The notes: a model not told the origin generated them from the letters alone. Counted from the stretch's first letter, positions 42,200-52,175 are shown. The stretch: DNA of 64,000 nucleotides from an uncultured Actinomycetota bacterium (GCA_963716955.1 CAVQUY010000005.1:214011-278010), one strand, 5' to 3'. A program made the numbers and translations.

Positions 42200-42691
42200 A
42201 TGGCCCGCAAGATCGTCGACTGCCGCGAGATGCCGAGCGAGAGCGGGTGCACGCTGACCCTGACCGGCGAGGAGGACGAGGTCGTGGACGCCGCGGCCCA
42301 GCACGCCGTCGCCGTGCACGGGCACACCGACGGCGCCGAGCTCCGCGACGGCATCCGCGCCGGCCTGCGGGACGCGCCCCTCGACACGGCGCCCGGGGCG
42401 TTCGTCCAGCTCATGGAGTTCCGCAGCGACCGGCTCGAGGAGTTCGACGCGGCCGTCGACGACTGGATGCGCGACATCGGCGCCGAGCGCACCGCCCGGT
42501 GGTTCGTCCTGGGCGCCGACCGCGAACGCCCGGGCGTCCACGTCGAGCTCGTCGAGTTCCCCAGCTACGAGGACGCGATGACGAACTCGAAGCACCCCGC
42601 GACGGCGGCGATCGCCGAGCGGATGAACGCGCTCGCCGGCGGCGAGGTCACGTTCCGCAACCTCGACGTCGTCCGCGCCCAGATGCCCTGA
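42200..42691 (+). CDS. DUF1059 (small metal-binding) domain fused to an unidentified C-terminal domain
   Basis: MARKIVDCREMPSESGCTLTLTGEEDEVVDAAAQHAVAVHGHTD matches the DUF1059 consensus. Confidence 0.5.
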   Translation: MARKIVDCREMPSESGCTLTLTGEEDEVVDAAAQHAVAVHGHTDGAELRDGIRAGLRDAPLDTAPGAFVQLMEFRSDRLEEFDAAVDDWMRDIGAERTARWFVLGADRERPGVHVELVEFPSYEDAMTNSKHPATAAIAERMNALAGGEVTFRNLDVVRAQMP

Positions 42692-42743
42692 CGAGGCCGA
42701 CCGAGATCGGAGAGAACCATGACCAGCATCGACGTCCGAGCGC

Positions 42744-43082
42744 ATGGACGCGCCGGACGAGACGAGGACGCCCGACCGGACGACGCTCGAGGTGGTGGCC
42801 CTGGGCGACGCCACCCTCGCCCGGATGACGCTCCAGCCCGGCTGGCGCTGGTCGGAGTGCATCAAGCCCGTCGCCGGGACCGACAGCTGCCAGGCCGCCC
42901 ACCTCGGCTACCTCGTCGCCGGGCAGCTGCACGTCGTCGCCGACGACGGCACCGAGGCCGATCTCGTCCCCGGCAACGCCTACCGGATCGCCCCGGGCCA
43001 CGACGCCTGGGTCGTCGGGGACGAGGCCGTCGTCGGGCTGGAGTTCGAGTCGAAGACCGCCGAGACCTACGCCCGCGGCTGA
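42744..43082 (+). CDS. Cupin-domain protein
   Basis: ...CQAAHLGYLVAGQLHVVADDGTEADLVPGNAYRIAPGHDAWV has the two-motif cupin beta-barrel pattern. Confidence 0.65.
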   Translation: MDAPDETRTPDRTTLEVVALGDATLARMTLQPGWRWSECIKPVAGTDSCQAAHLGYLVAGQLHVVADDGTEADLVPGNAYRIAPGHDAWVVGDEAVVGLEFESKTAETYARG

Positions 43083-43095
43083 CCGGAGACCACCA

Positions 43096-43403
43096 TGAGC
43101 GTCATCGTCACCTGAAGTTCGCCGACCTCCGGCGAGACCATGGCGAAGGTCGCCGCGGGAGAACGCCGCCACGATGCAGGCGATCATCGAGGACGGACGG
43201 CGTCAGGGCACGATCCACCACCAGTTCGTGGAGGACCCGAGACGGCTGCGCGGTGGTGGTCGACGAGTGGCCCGACGCCGAGACGTTCCACCGGTTCTTC
43301 GACGCCCAGCAGGACATCCGCGACGGTCATGGAGCGGGCCGGGGTGACCGAGCCGCCCGAGGTGCGGGTCTATCCGGTGCTCGACACCCCGGACCGCTTC
43401 TGA
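43096..43403 (+). CDS. Small ABM/Dabb-like hypothetical protein; readable only across about 3 frameshifts
   Basis: Pieces MSVIVTLKFADL.., ..AAVVVDEWPDAETFHRFFDAQQDIR.., ..AVMERAGVTEPPEVRVYPVLDTPDRF* lie in three frames. Confidence 0.3.
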
Positions 43404-43404
43404 G

Positions 43405-44100
43405 TCAGTCGGCGCGGACGGCGCGGTGGAGACCCAGCGACCGAAGGCGTTCGTCCCGGCGTCGACCTGGGCGACGTCGGTGAGCCCGGCCTCGCCGAGC
43501 AGCTCCCGGACCATCGCCGGGTCGTTGGGGACGAGCTCGAGCGGCTCCCCGGCGTCCGTGCCCGTGCCCGTGGCCGTGGCCGTGCCCCTGGCCGTGGCCG
43601 TGGCCGCGCCCTGCCGCGGCCATCAGGCGGAGCAGGGGGGCGACCAGGCGCTGTGGACGCGGGGCGCCCTCGAAGTCGAGCAGGAGCAGCTGACCGCCGG
43701 GGGCGAGGACCCGCCGGACCTCCGCGAGCATCGCCCGCTTCGCGTCGGGGGGCAGGTGGTGGAACATGAAGGCCGACAGCACGCGGTCGACGCTGCCGTC
43801 GGGGTGCGGCAGGTCGTCGGCGAAGCCCTGCTCCACGCGGAACCGCATGCCGCGCGCGCGCCGCCTTCGCGCGGGCCCGCTCCAGGGCCGCCGGGTCGGG
43901 GTCGAGCCCGACGACGGTCGCCGCCCGGCTGCGCGTCGGGCCACCGACGAGCAGGTTCCCGGTGCCGCACCCGACCTCCAGGACGGTCTGCCCGGGCGCG
44001 AGGCCGGCCGCGGCGACCAGGCGGCGGTGGGCGCGGGCGGGCGCCGAGCAGCCACGTCATCGCGTCGTAGATCGCCAGGGAACCCGTTCTCGCCCATCGC
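43405..44100 (-). CDS. Class I SAM-dependent methyltransferase with an internal His-Gly repeat; frameshifted, boundaries uncertain
   Basis: ...VLSAFMFHHLPPDAKRAMLAEVRRVLAPGGQLLLLDFE... (post-motif II/III of class I methyltransferases), followed by GHGHGQGHGHGHGHGHG. Confidence 0.5.
   Translation of the reverse strand, partial: AMGENGFPGDLRRDDVAARRPPAPTAAWSPRPASRPGRPSWRSGAAPGTCSSVARRAAGRRPSSGSTPTRRPWSGPARRRRARGMRFRVEQGFADDLPHPDGSVDRVLSAFMFHHLPPDAKRAMLAEVRRVLAPGGQLLLLDFEGAPRPQRLVAPLLRLMAAAGRGHGHGQGHGHGHGHGHGRRGAARARPQRPGDGPGAARRGRAHRRRPGRRRDERLRSLGLHRAVRAD
43556..43606. repeat. Imperfect hexanucleotide microsatellite (gtggcc/gtgccc)n encoding a (His-Gly)n tract on the minus strand
   Basis: gtgcccgtgcccgtggccgtggccgtgcccctggccgtggccgtggcc. 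Confidence 0.7.
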
Positions 44101-44384
44101 GGGCAGGAAGGGTCGGTCCGGCGCGCCCCGGGCCCCGGGGTCGTGGGCTCGGGCATCCTGGTGCTCCTCGTGGTCGATGGGACGGTTCTCCGTCCCCGCG
44201 CTAGCCTCGACCCCCGACCACCTGCGGACAAGGAACGGAACCCGGTGACGACAGGACTTTCCTCCGCTCCCGGCGCCGGGGTGCCCGTCGTCGGGTACGC
44301 CCGCACGCCCGGCGTCCCGGCGGTCACCGTGCACCGCCGCTCGGGGCCGGGGCCGCTGCAGGGCGGGGGCCCCACGGGGCGCAC

Positions 44385-45157
44385 GTGCACGACTTCCTCG
44401 TCCTGGTCCACGTGGAGCGGGGCGAGGGGACGCTGCACGTCGACGGGCGGACGTGGGCGGTGCGGACCGGGGACGTCGTGGTCATCGCGCCCGGTGCCGT
44501 CGTCACGCCGGTCGCCGCGCACGAGGACCCCGACACCCGGATGTGGACGGTCTTCTTCCCCGCCGACCTCGTCGACCCCGACGCGCCGTCCTCCCCGCCG
44601 GCCTGGCGGGCGCACCCGCTGCTCTACCCCTTCACCCGCGGCGGTCGGCCCGGCGGCGAGCGGCTGCACGTCCCGCCGGAGGACCGGCCGGCGTGGCTCG
44701 CCGAGCTCACCGCCCTCGCCGACGGAGCTGCACGATCGGCGAGACGGGTACGCCGAGGCCGCCCGCGCGCACGTGACGCTGCTGCTCGTGCGCCTCGGGC
44801 GGCTCGGCACGGACGGCGCCGGCCGACCTGCGTGACCACGACGAGACGCTCGTGGCCGCCGTGTTCGACGCGCTCGAGGCCAGCTTCCGCGAGCCGATCA
44901 CCGCGCGGGACGTGGCCGCCGCGGTCGGCCGCTCGCCGGGCCACGTCACCACCGTCGTGCGACGGCGGACCGGGCGCACCGTCGGCCGGTGGGTCACCGA
45001 GCGGCGCCTCCAGGAGGCCCGGCGCCTGCTCGCCACGACCGACCTCACCGTCGCCGCGATCGCGGGCCGGGTCGGCTACCGCGACCCCGGCTACTTCATC
45101 CGCCGGTTCCGCGCCGCCCACGACCTCACGCCGCAGGAGTGGCGCCGGGCGGGGTGA
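44385..45157 (+). CDS. AraC-family transcriptional regulator (cupin sensor + HTH); about 2 frameshifts near 44720 and 44830
   Basis: C-terminus ...RDVAAAVGRSPGHVTTVVRRRTGRTVGRWVTERRLQEARRLLATTDLTVAAIAGRVGYRDPGYFIRRFR is an AraC HTH. Confidence 0.65.
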
Positions 45158-45175
45158 CCCGCGCCGTCGACCTCG

Positions 45176-45638
45176 TGCCTCGACACCCGCCTCGTCGTCG
45201 CCTGCCCAGGTCCACCGCGGGACCTCGCGCAGCGGGTGCAGCTCGGCGTCGGTGCGCGCGTGGGAGTTCTGCACCGCGACGTGGGACCCGAACTCGACGT
45301 GCTCGCGCACCGCCTCGCGGAAGGGCGCGTCGGTGGGCATGCCGGCGGTGTCGAGGGCGGCCAGGTACAGCGCCACGAACCGCTGCCGCTGCTCCTGGGT
45401 GATCCGCAGTCCCCGGTGCACGTCGATGAGGTGCGCGACGCCGAGCTCGCGGCTGAAGCGGTCCGGACCGCCGAAGGACTCCGCGGTGAACTCGGTCAGG
45501 TGCTCGACGTGGCTCGCGCGCCCGGCGCCGAAGAGCGGCTGGAGCAGCGGGTCGGCCAGGACGCTGTCGTAGAAGGTCTGCTCGAGGCGGTGAAGGCCCG
45601 CCTCCCCGCCGGCGTGCTCGAACAACGAGACCACGATG
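45176..45638 (-). CDS. Group II truncated hemoglobin (trHbO/GlbO-like); 3' end uncertain
   Basis: ...SLFEHAGGEAGLHRLEQTFYDSVLADPLLQPLF... with proximal-His region ...HVEHLTEFTAESFGG...HLIDVH.. is typical of 2/2 hemoglobins. Confidence 0.7.
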
Positions 45639-45746
45639 GGACTCCCCCGGGTGGACGATGGCGGGCCGCGGCGACGAGACGGTCCGGTTCGGGTCGTCAG
45701 CGTGCGCACTCCGCGTCCCCCGGCCGGCAAGGCGCTACGGTTCGTG

Positions 45747-46342
45747 TCGTGGGCGATCCGAGACGGCGGTCGGCGGCGGCCCAGGCGGCCGTCCTGCGCA
45801 GCTGCGCGGCGATCATGGCGACCCGCGGCCCGGCGGCGGTGAGCATCGAGGGCGTCGCGAAGGCGGCGGGGGTCGGGAAACAGACGATCTACCGGTGGTG
45901 GCCCTCGCGGGGCGCGCTCCTCGTCGACGCGATGGTCGCGGGGCGCGGCCGGGTCGAGATCGGCGTCGTCGACACCGGGGACCTCGGGAGCGATCTGCGC
46001 GCGATGCTCCTCGCGGTGGTCCGGGTGATCACCGGCGAGCACGGGCCGCTGCTGGCCTCGCTGCTCGGCGAGATGCAGCAGGATCCCCAGTTGCGCGCCG
46101 CGTTCGACGAGGCGATCTTCGAGCCCGTCCGGAGCTCCTACCGGGCCCGCCTGGCCGCGGCCCGCGGGACCGCGGACGGCGCCGCCGCGTGGCCCGACGA
46201 CGACACGATCCTCGACCTGGCCTTCGGGCCGCTGTGGTTCCGCCTGCTCACCCGGCCCGGACCACCTCGACGAGGGCTTCGCGCACGACGTCGCCGACCT
46301 GCTCACGCGGCCCTCGGCCTGGAGGATGCGCCCCGTGGCTGA
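45747..46342 (+). CDS. TetR/AcrR-family transcriptional regulator; C-terminus/frameshift uncertain
   Basis: ...AAVLRSCAAIMATRGPAAVSIEGVAKAAGVGKQTIYRWWPSRGALLVDAM is a TetR HTH. Confidence 0.6.
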
Positions 46343-47133
46343 CGACGAGGGCTACCTGCTGGCCAACGAGCAGCGCGAGGCCGGCACCCGCTTCGGTGCG
46401 CTCGCCGAGCTGTTCGACGCCGCCACGTTCCGCCACGTCGACCGCGCTGGGGGTCGGGCCCGGGTGGCGGTGCTGGGAGGTCGGCGCCGGCGGACGCAGC
46501 GTCCCGGACCGGCTCGCCGACCTGGTCGGGGTGCACGGGCTCGTCGTGGCCACCGACATCGACACCTCCTGGCTCGACGCCGCGGGGCCGGAGCAGCTGA
46601 CGGTGCTCCGCCACGACGTCGGGGTCGACCCACCCCCGGCGACCGGCCTCGACCTCGTCCACGCCCGGCTCGTGCTGACCCACGTCCCGCGGCGCGAGGA
46701 CGCGCTCGCGGCCATGGTCGCCGCGCTGCGCCCCGGCGGCCGGCTCCTCCTGGAGGAGGCCGACCCCGGACTGCAGCCACTGCTGTGTCCCGACGAGTAC
46801 GGCCCGGCCCAGCAGCTCGCGAACCGGCTGCGCCACGGGTTCCGCACCCTCATGGCCGGGCGGGACGCCGACCTCGCCTACGGGCGCACCCTGCCGCGAC
46901 GGCTCCGCGACCTCGGCCTGCGCGAGGTCGGCGCCGACGCCTACTTCCCGATCACCTCGCCGGCCGCCACGACGCTCGAGCTCGCCACCGTCGCGCAGAT
47001 CCGCGACCGTCTCGTCGCGGCCGGCATCGCCTCCGACGCCGAGATCGACCGGCACCTCGGGAACGTCGCGCGCGGGCTCGTCCCGGACCTCGCGACGTCG
47101 CCCATGGTCAGCGCGTGGGGCCGCAGGCCCTGA
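46326..47133 (+). CDS. Class I SAM-dependent methyltransferase; frameshift near 46450
   Basis: ...WEVGAGGRSV.. (motif I), ..DLVHARLVLTHV.., ..LRPGGRLLLEE.. (motif III). Confidence 0.7.
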
Positions 47134-47417
47134 CCCCCGGCGCCGGTGGGCCCGCGTACTCCACGAGCACGAATTCGCCCTGCTCGTTCAGCCACCGGTA
47201 CGTGTCGACGCCGAAACCCGGCATGTGGCGGTGGTCCGACGGCAGCCCGCGCGCGCCGAGGAGGTTCATGAGCATGCATGCTCTCCGGCGTCCGCGACAC
47301 GAAATCGAAGATCCGGTGGGCTCCTGCCGGAAACGTGACGGGATCCGGCTCGAGGGCGTGGATGACGTCCGGGAATGGATCGTCCCTACCGACGGTGGAT
47401 GCTCGCGCCGCCGTCGG

Positions 47418-47684
47418 TCAGCGGCGGGACTCCCACGCGCGGTAGTTGCCGATCAGGTCCTTCTTGAGCTGGCCGCGCGGCTTCACGTCGATGCCCTGCT
47501 CCGTGGCCCAGCCCCGGATCGTCTCGCGCTCGGGGCCGGTCAGGCCGTCGCGGCCGCGGCGCTCCCCGTCCTCCGACGCGGCGTCCGGCGTCGGCTCGGG
47601 CGACGGGTCCGGGGCCGGCTCGGCGGCCGGGGACGGCTCGGCGGCCGCCGACGCCGGCGCGACGCCGTCGGCGCTCGGCAGCAT
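47418..47684 (-). CDS. Second Lsr2-type C-terminal DNA-binding module preceded by a Pro/Ala/Glu-rich linker (separate 88-aa ORF or C-terminal extension of Lsr2)
   Basis: ...ETIRGWATEQGIDVKPRGQLKKDLIGNYRAWE parallels the Lsr2 motif IREWAR.NG..V..RGRI...V...Y. Confidence 0.5.
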   Translation of the reverse strand: MLPSADGVAPASAAAEPSPAAEPAPDPSPEPTPDAASEDGERRGRDGLTGPERETIRGWATEQGIDVKPRGQLKKDLIGNYRAWESRR

Positions 47685-48046
47685 CGTCGGGTCGCCGGCC
47701 TCGTAGGCCTCGATGACCCGCCCGGGAGCCGGCCGCGCTCGGCGAGGGTGACGCCGTGCTCCGCGGCCCAGGCCCGGATCTCGGCGTTGGCGGTGCGCGA
47801 CCGCCCCGGGGCCGCCGGGGTGCCCGACGCGGCCGGGCGTGCCGCCGAGGCCGCCCGGGCGGGACGGCGGCCACCGGTGCGCCGTGCCACCGCGACGTAG
47901 GGCGCCAGCGCCCCCCGCAGCGCCTCGGCGTGCTCGCCGGACAGGTCGATCTCGTAGTCGACGTGGTCGAGGCCGAAGGAGACGCTCTCGGCGGCGACGC
48001 CGCCGTCGAGGTCGTCGACGAGGCTGACCATGGTTCGTGTTGCCAT
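47540..48046 (-). CDS. lsr2: Lsr2-family nucleoid-associated protein (as-given frame; probably continues into 47418..47684 after a 1-nt correction)
   Basis: MVSLVDDLDGGVAAESVSFGLDHVDYEIDLSGEHAEALRGALAPYVA (Lsr2 dimerisation domain) ... AEIRAWAAEHGVTLAERGRLPG (Lsr2 DNA-binding RGR motif). Confidence 0.7.
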   Translation of the reverse strand: MATRTMVSLVDDLDGGVAAESVSFGLDHVDYEIDLSGEHAEALRGALAPYVAVARRTGGRRPARAASAARPAASGTPAAPGRSRTANAEIRAWAAEHGVTLAERGRLPGGSSRPTRPATRRCCRAPTASRRRRRPPSRPRPPSRPRTRRPSRRRTPRRRTGSAAAATA

Positions 48047-48336
48047 CGGGGTCCTGCTCCCATCATTCCCGGATCGGCGCGCCCCGTTTCCGGTCGCCCC
48101 GATCCCCGGCCGTCCCCGCACCGAGCGTGTCCCCCTCGAGCGTGCTTCCTAGCAGAACCACCTCACGGGCGCGTCGGTCGTGGTGACCCAACTCCCCCGG
48201 TGACGACCCCCCGCGTTCACCCGGCGTTCCGGAATCGGCGCGTGAAATCGCGGTTGGGAACACGCGCCACCGCGGGAACCACGGCCGGGAACAGGCCGAA
48301 ACACGGCCCACGACGCTCGAGGAGCTCTTCGACAAT

Positions 48337-49205
48337 GCCCACCCTGCTCGCACAAGACTCGTCCGGTGGCGGGGGCTTCAACATCCTGCAGTCACTGCAG
48401 AATGCCTTCACCACCTTCCTGAGCTACGTCCCCAACGTCATCGGCGCCCTGCTGGTGCTGCTGATCGGCTACATCATCGCGCGGCTGCTGCGCGCCGGGA
48501 TTTCCCGGCTGCTGCGCCGCATGCACCTGGACAACAAGCTCACCCAGGGCCGCGGCGGCGAGTACGTCTCCCGGTTCTCCCCGCAAGGGCCAGCCCTCGC
48601 AGCTGGTCGGGCTCGTCGTCGAGTACGTCCTGCTGGTCTTCGTGATCGTCACCGCGGTCGGGACGCTGAACATCCCCGCGGTCACCGGGTTCGTGAACCT
48701 GGTGCTGTCCTACCTGCCCAACGTGATCGCCGCGCTGCTGATCTTCCTGGTCGCCGCCGCCGTCGCGGCCGCGGTCGGTGGGCTCGTGCACCGCACCATG
48801 GGTGACACCCCGACCGGGCGCGTCGTGCGCTCGGCCGCCCCGACGCTGGTCATGGCGATCGCCGTGTTCATGATCCTCAACCAGCTCGGGATCGCCCAGA
48901 CCATCGTCAACGCCACCTACATCGCCCTGATCGGCGCGGTCGCCCTGGGCTCCGCGCTGGCGTTCGGGCTCGGTGGCCGCGACGCCGCCAAGGACCTCAT
49001 CGACTCGGGCTACCGCAAGGCCCAGGACCAGTCCGACCAGGTCCGCGCCGACCTGCAGACCGGCCAGCAGCGCGGCCAGGCCGACGCCCAGCGCGCCCAG
49101 CAGTACGCCCAGCAGCAGGACCCGACCACCGGCGGCCAGCACTACGCCGACCCGGCCGAGCCGACCGTGCAGCTGACGCCGCAGGAGCCCAACGGGCGCC
49201 GCTGA
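48337..49205 (+). CDS. Membrane protein of the 'conserved TM helix repeat' (PF05552) family with a Gln-rich C-terminus; frameshift near 48590
   Basis: Repeated ...LSYVPNVIGALLVLLIGYIIARL... / ...LSYLPNVIAALLIFLVAAAVAAAV... helices. Confidence 0.6.
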
Positions 49206-49221
49206 CCATCAGCACTCCGCA

Positions 49222-49261
49222 CGACGAGGGCCGCCGGATCCACGGGGATCCGGCGGCCCTC
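49222..49261 (+). terminator. Perfect 16-bp stem / 4-nt loop hairpin after the TM-helix-repeat gene
   Basis: gagggccgccggatcc acgg ggatccggcggccctc, 17 nt after the stop at 49205. Confidence 0.55.
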
Positions 49262-49509
49262 CGTCGTGTGCGGGGTGGGTCAGTCCTGGACGAGGCCGGT
49301 GAAGTCCACCGTCGAGCCCTCGACCGACGACCTGACGAAGCGTGCTCCGCGGACGGCTGGTGGTCTGCGCCCGTCGCGACGGTCGCTGTGTCACCGCCGC
49401 GACAGTTCCGCCCCACGGCTCCCGCGTGGGCCGGTTGGGAGGCAGGCCGGCGCGGGTAGGCCCGGGGTCGCGGCCGATTCCTCGGCCGCCGGACCGCGAG
49501 GAGGCGGCG

Positions 49510-49959
49510 ATGACCCTGGGCGACCTCGTCCGGGAGGCGCTGCTCGGCGCCGCGACCGGCGCACGCAGCACCTTCGGCCCCACCGCCCTGGCCCTGCAGG
49601 CGAAGCCCCGCGACCGGGGGTTGTCCGGCCGCCTCGCCCCCTGGGCCCCGGTGACCCCGCTGCTCGCGCTGGGCGAGGCCGTCGCCGACAAGACCTCGGT
49701 CGTCCCGCCGCGCAACGGGCCCGTCGGGCTGGCCCCCCGCATCCTGTTCGCCGGCGTCGCGGGCCGGGCGCTCGCGGTCCGCGACCGCCGCGCCCACCCG
49801 ACGTCGGGCCTGGTCGCGGTGGCCGCGGCGATCGGCACGGCCGTCGGCGGGGTGGCGTGGCGCGCGGCGGCGGAACGCCGGTGGGGCCAGGACCTGCCCG
49901 GGGCGCTCGCCGAGGACGTCGCGGCGGCCGGCTGCGCCTGGGTGGCGACGCGCCGATAG
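49510..49959 (+). CDS. Hypothetical membrane protein (DUF4126-like)
   Basis: ATG 49510; Gly/Ala-rich hydrophobic segments; weak family assignment. Confidence 0.45.
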   Translation: MTLGDLVREALLGAATGARSTFGPTALALQAKPRDRGLSGRLAPWAPVTPLLALGEAVADKTSVVPPRNGPVGLAPRILFAGVAGRALAVRDRRAHPTSGLVAVAAAIGTAVGGVAWRAAAERRWGQDLPGALAEDVAAAGCAWVATRR

Positions 49960-50030
49960 GAGGTGCGCTCCGCGCTCGTGAGCAGAAATTGTCGCTATCA
50001 CCGCATTTTCTGCACACGGGCCGAAGGCAC

Positions 50031-50365
50031 CTACTTGAGCGGGTCGTTGCCCCAGTTCATCAGCGAGTACCGCCACTTGCTGGTCTCGATGTCCTCCTTC
50101 GTCGGCTCCTGGGAACGGTGCCGGTGGACGTAGCCGACGACCTTGCGCATGGCCGCGTAGTCGTCGTCGTCCAGGTCCTCCTCCTTCGCGCGCCGGATCT
50201 CACGATCCGCCGGCCCATCTGGTGCCCGGTGGACTCCTCGCCCTCGCCGCCCTGGCCCACCGACCTCGACTCGTCGCTCTCGAGCCAGCGCTCGAGCTCG
50301 TCGGCGCTCATGTTCACCGCGTCGGTGAACTCCTCCCGGGTCTGCTCCGCACTCTTCTCGGCCAT
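50031..50365 (-). CDS. DUF3140-domain protein; single frameshift near 50190
   Basis: MAEKSAEQTREEFTDAVNMSADELERWLESDESRSVGQ.., then +1 frame ..EIRRAKEEDLDDDDYAAMRKVVGYVHRHRSQEPTKEDIETSKWRYSLMNWGNDPLK*. Confidence 0.6.
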
Positions 50366-50442
50366 CGACGCGGCTACCCGGCCCGGCCCGTCGTCCATCG
50401 GGGATCGTTTGCCGGGTACGCCGATCCGGGCACGGATCCCGG

Positions 50443-52093
50443 GTGACCTATCCCTCCGGCGACGCCGAGCGCGCCGACGCCGTCGTGGTCGGCGCCGGGC
50501 ACAACGGGCTCGTCGCGGCCAACCTGCTCGCCGACGCCGGCTGGCGGGTGCTCGTGCTCGACGCCGGCCACTGGCCCGGCGGCGCCACCCGCAGCGCCGA
50601 GCTCGCCGCCCCGGGCTGGCGCACCGATCTCGGCAGCGCGTTCTACCCGCTCGGCGCCGCGTCCCCGGTGCTGCGCGGGCTCGGCCTCGACGCGTACGGC
50701 CTGCGCTGGCGCCACGCCCCGCAGCCGCTGGCGCACGTCCTGCCCGACGACCGCGGCGCCGTCATCTCCCGCGACCTCGATACGACCGCAGCGTCGGTCG
50801 ACCGGTTCGCCCCGGGCGACGGCGACGCGTGGCGCCGCCTCGCCGCGCAGTGGCAGGAGCTGCGCGAGCCGCTGCTGGGCGCCCTGCTCGCGCCGTTCCC
50901 GCCGGTGCGCGGCGCCGTCGGCCTGCTCCGCGCGACGGGCACCCCCGACCTGCTGCGCCTCGTCCGCCGCCTCGTGCTCCCCGTGCTGCGCTTCGGGGAG
51001 GAGGAGTTCGACGGCGAGGGCGCGCGGGTCCTCGTGGCCGGCAACGCGATGCACGCCGACGTCCCGCCCACCGGCGCCGGCAGCACCGCGTTCGGCTGGC
51101 TCCTCGCCATGCTCGCCCAGGACGTCGGCTTCCCCGTGCCGGAGGGCGGGTCCGGCGCGCTCAGCGATGCGCTCGTCGCCCGGCTCACCGCCCGCGGCGG
51201 CCGGGTCGACAGCGACCGACCGGTGGCCCGGGTGCTCGTCGAGGGCGGGCGCGCCGTCGGGGTGGTGGACACCGCGGGCGGGACGGTGCGGGCCGAGCAC
51301 GCCGTGCTCGCCGACGTCGCGGCCCCGATCCTCTACCGCGAGCTCGTCGGCGATGGAGCACCTTCCATGGCGGATGCGCGCCGACCTGGACCGCTTCCAG
51401 TGGGACCACGCCGTGCTCAAGGTCGACTGGGCGCTCTCGGAGCCCGTGCCGTGGACCGCGCCCGAGGCCCACGGGGCGGGCGCGGTGCACGTCGGCGCGG
51501 ACACCCGCGGCCTCGTCGACCTCGGCGCCGACCTCGCCGCGGGGCGGGTCCCGGAGACGCCCTTCCTGATCCTCGGCCAGCTGACCACCGCCGACCCGAC
51601 GCGCTCGCCGCGCGGCACCGAGTCGCTGTGGGCCTACACCCGCGTCCCGCACGACGCCCTGCGTGGTCCCGACGAGGTCGCCGCGCACGTCGCGCGGATG
51701 GAGGCCGTGCTCGAGCGGCACGCCCCGGGGTTCCGCGACCTCGTCGTCGGCCGTGCGGTCGCCGACCCGGACACGCTGCAGCGCCAGGACCCGAGCCTCG
51801 TCCGCGGTGCCCTGATGGGCGGCACGGCGAACCTGCACCAGCAGCTCGTGTTCCGGCCCACGCCCGGGCTCGGCCGCCCCGACACCCCGATCGACCGGCT
51901 CTTCCTCGCCGGCGCGTCCGCCCACCCCGGCGGCGCGGTGCACGGCGGCCCGGGGGCGGCCGCCGCCCGCGCCGCCCGGGCCCGGTCCGGGCGGCTCGGC
52001 CCGGCCTACGCCGCGCTGATCCGGGCCGGGCACCGGGCCGTGCACGGACGCCCCGAGCGCGTTCCCGACCCCGACGGCACCGTCCTCGAGTAG
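50443..52093 (+). CDS. NAD(P)/FAD-dependent oxidoreductase (phytoene-desaturase family); frameshift near 51350
   Basis: AVVVGAGHNGLVAANLLADAGWRVLVLDAG (Rossmann); the C-terminal domain is in ORF 51167..52093. Confidence 0.7.
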
Positions 52094-52114
52094 CACCCGA
52101 CCCCGCCCGCACTC

Positions 52115-52175
52115 GGCAATTCGATCACGGAAATCTGCACATCCGACGTGTGCAGATTTCCGTGATCAGATTGCC
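52115..52175. repeat. 27-bp inverted repeat (19-bp perfect core, 7-nt spacer) in an AT-richer island between convergent genes
   Basis: ggcaattcgatcacggaaatctgcaca tccgacg tgtgcagatttccgtgatcagattgcc; core arms 52123-52141 / 52149-52167 (plus or minus 1). Confidence 0.8.
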
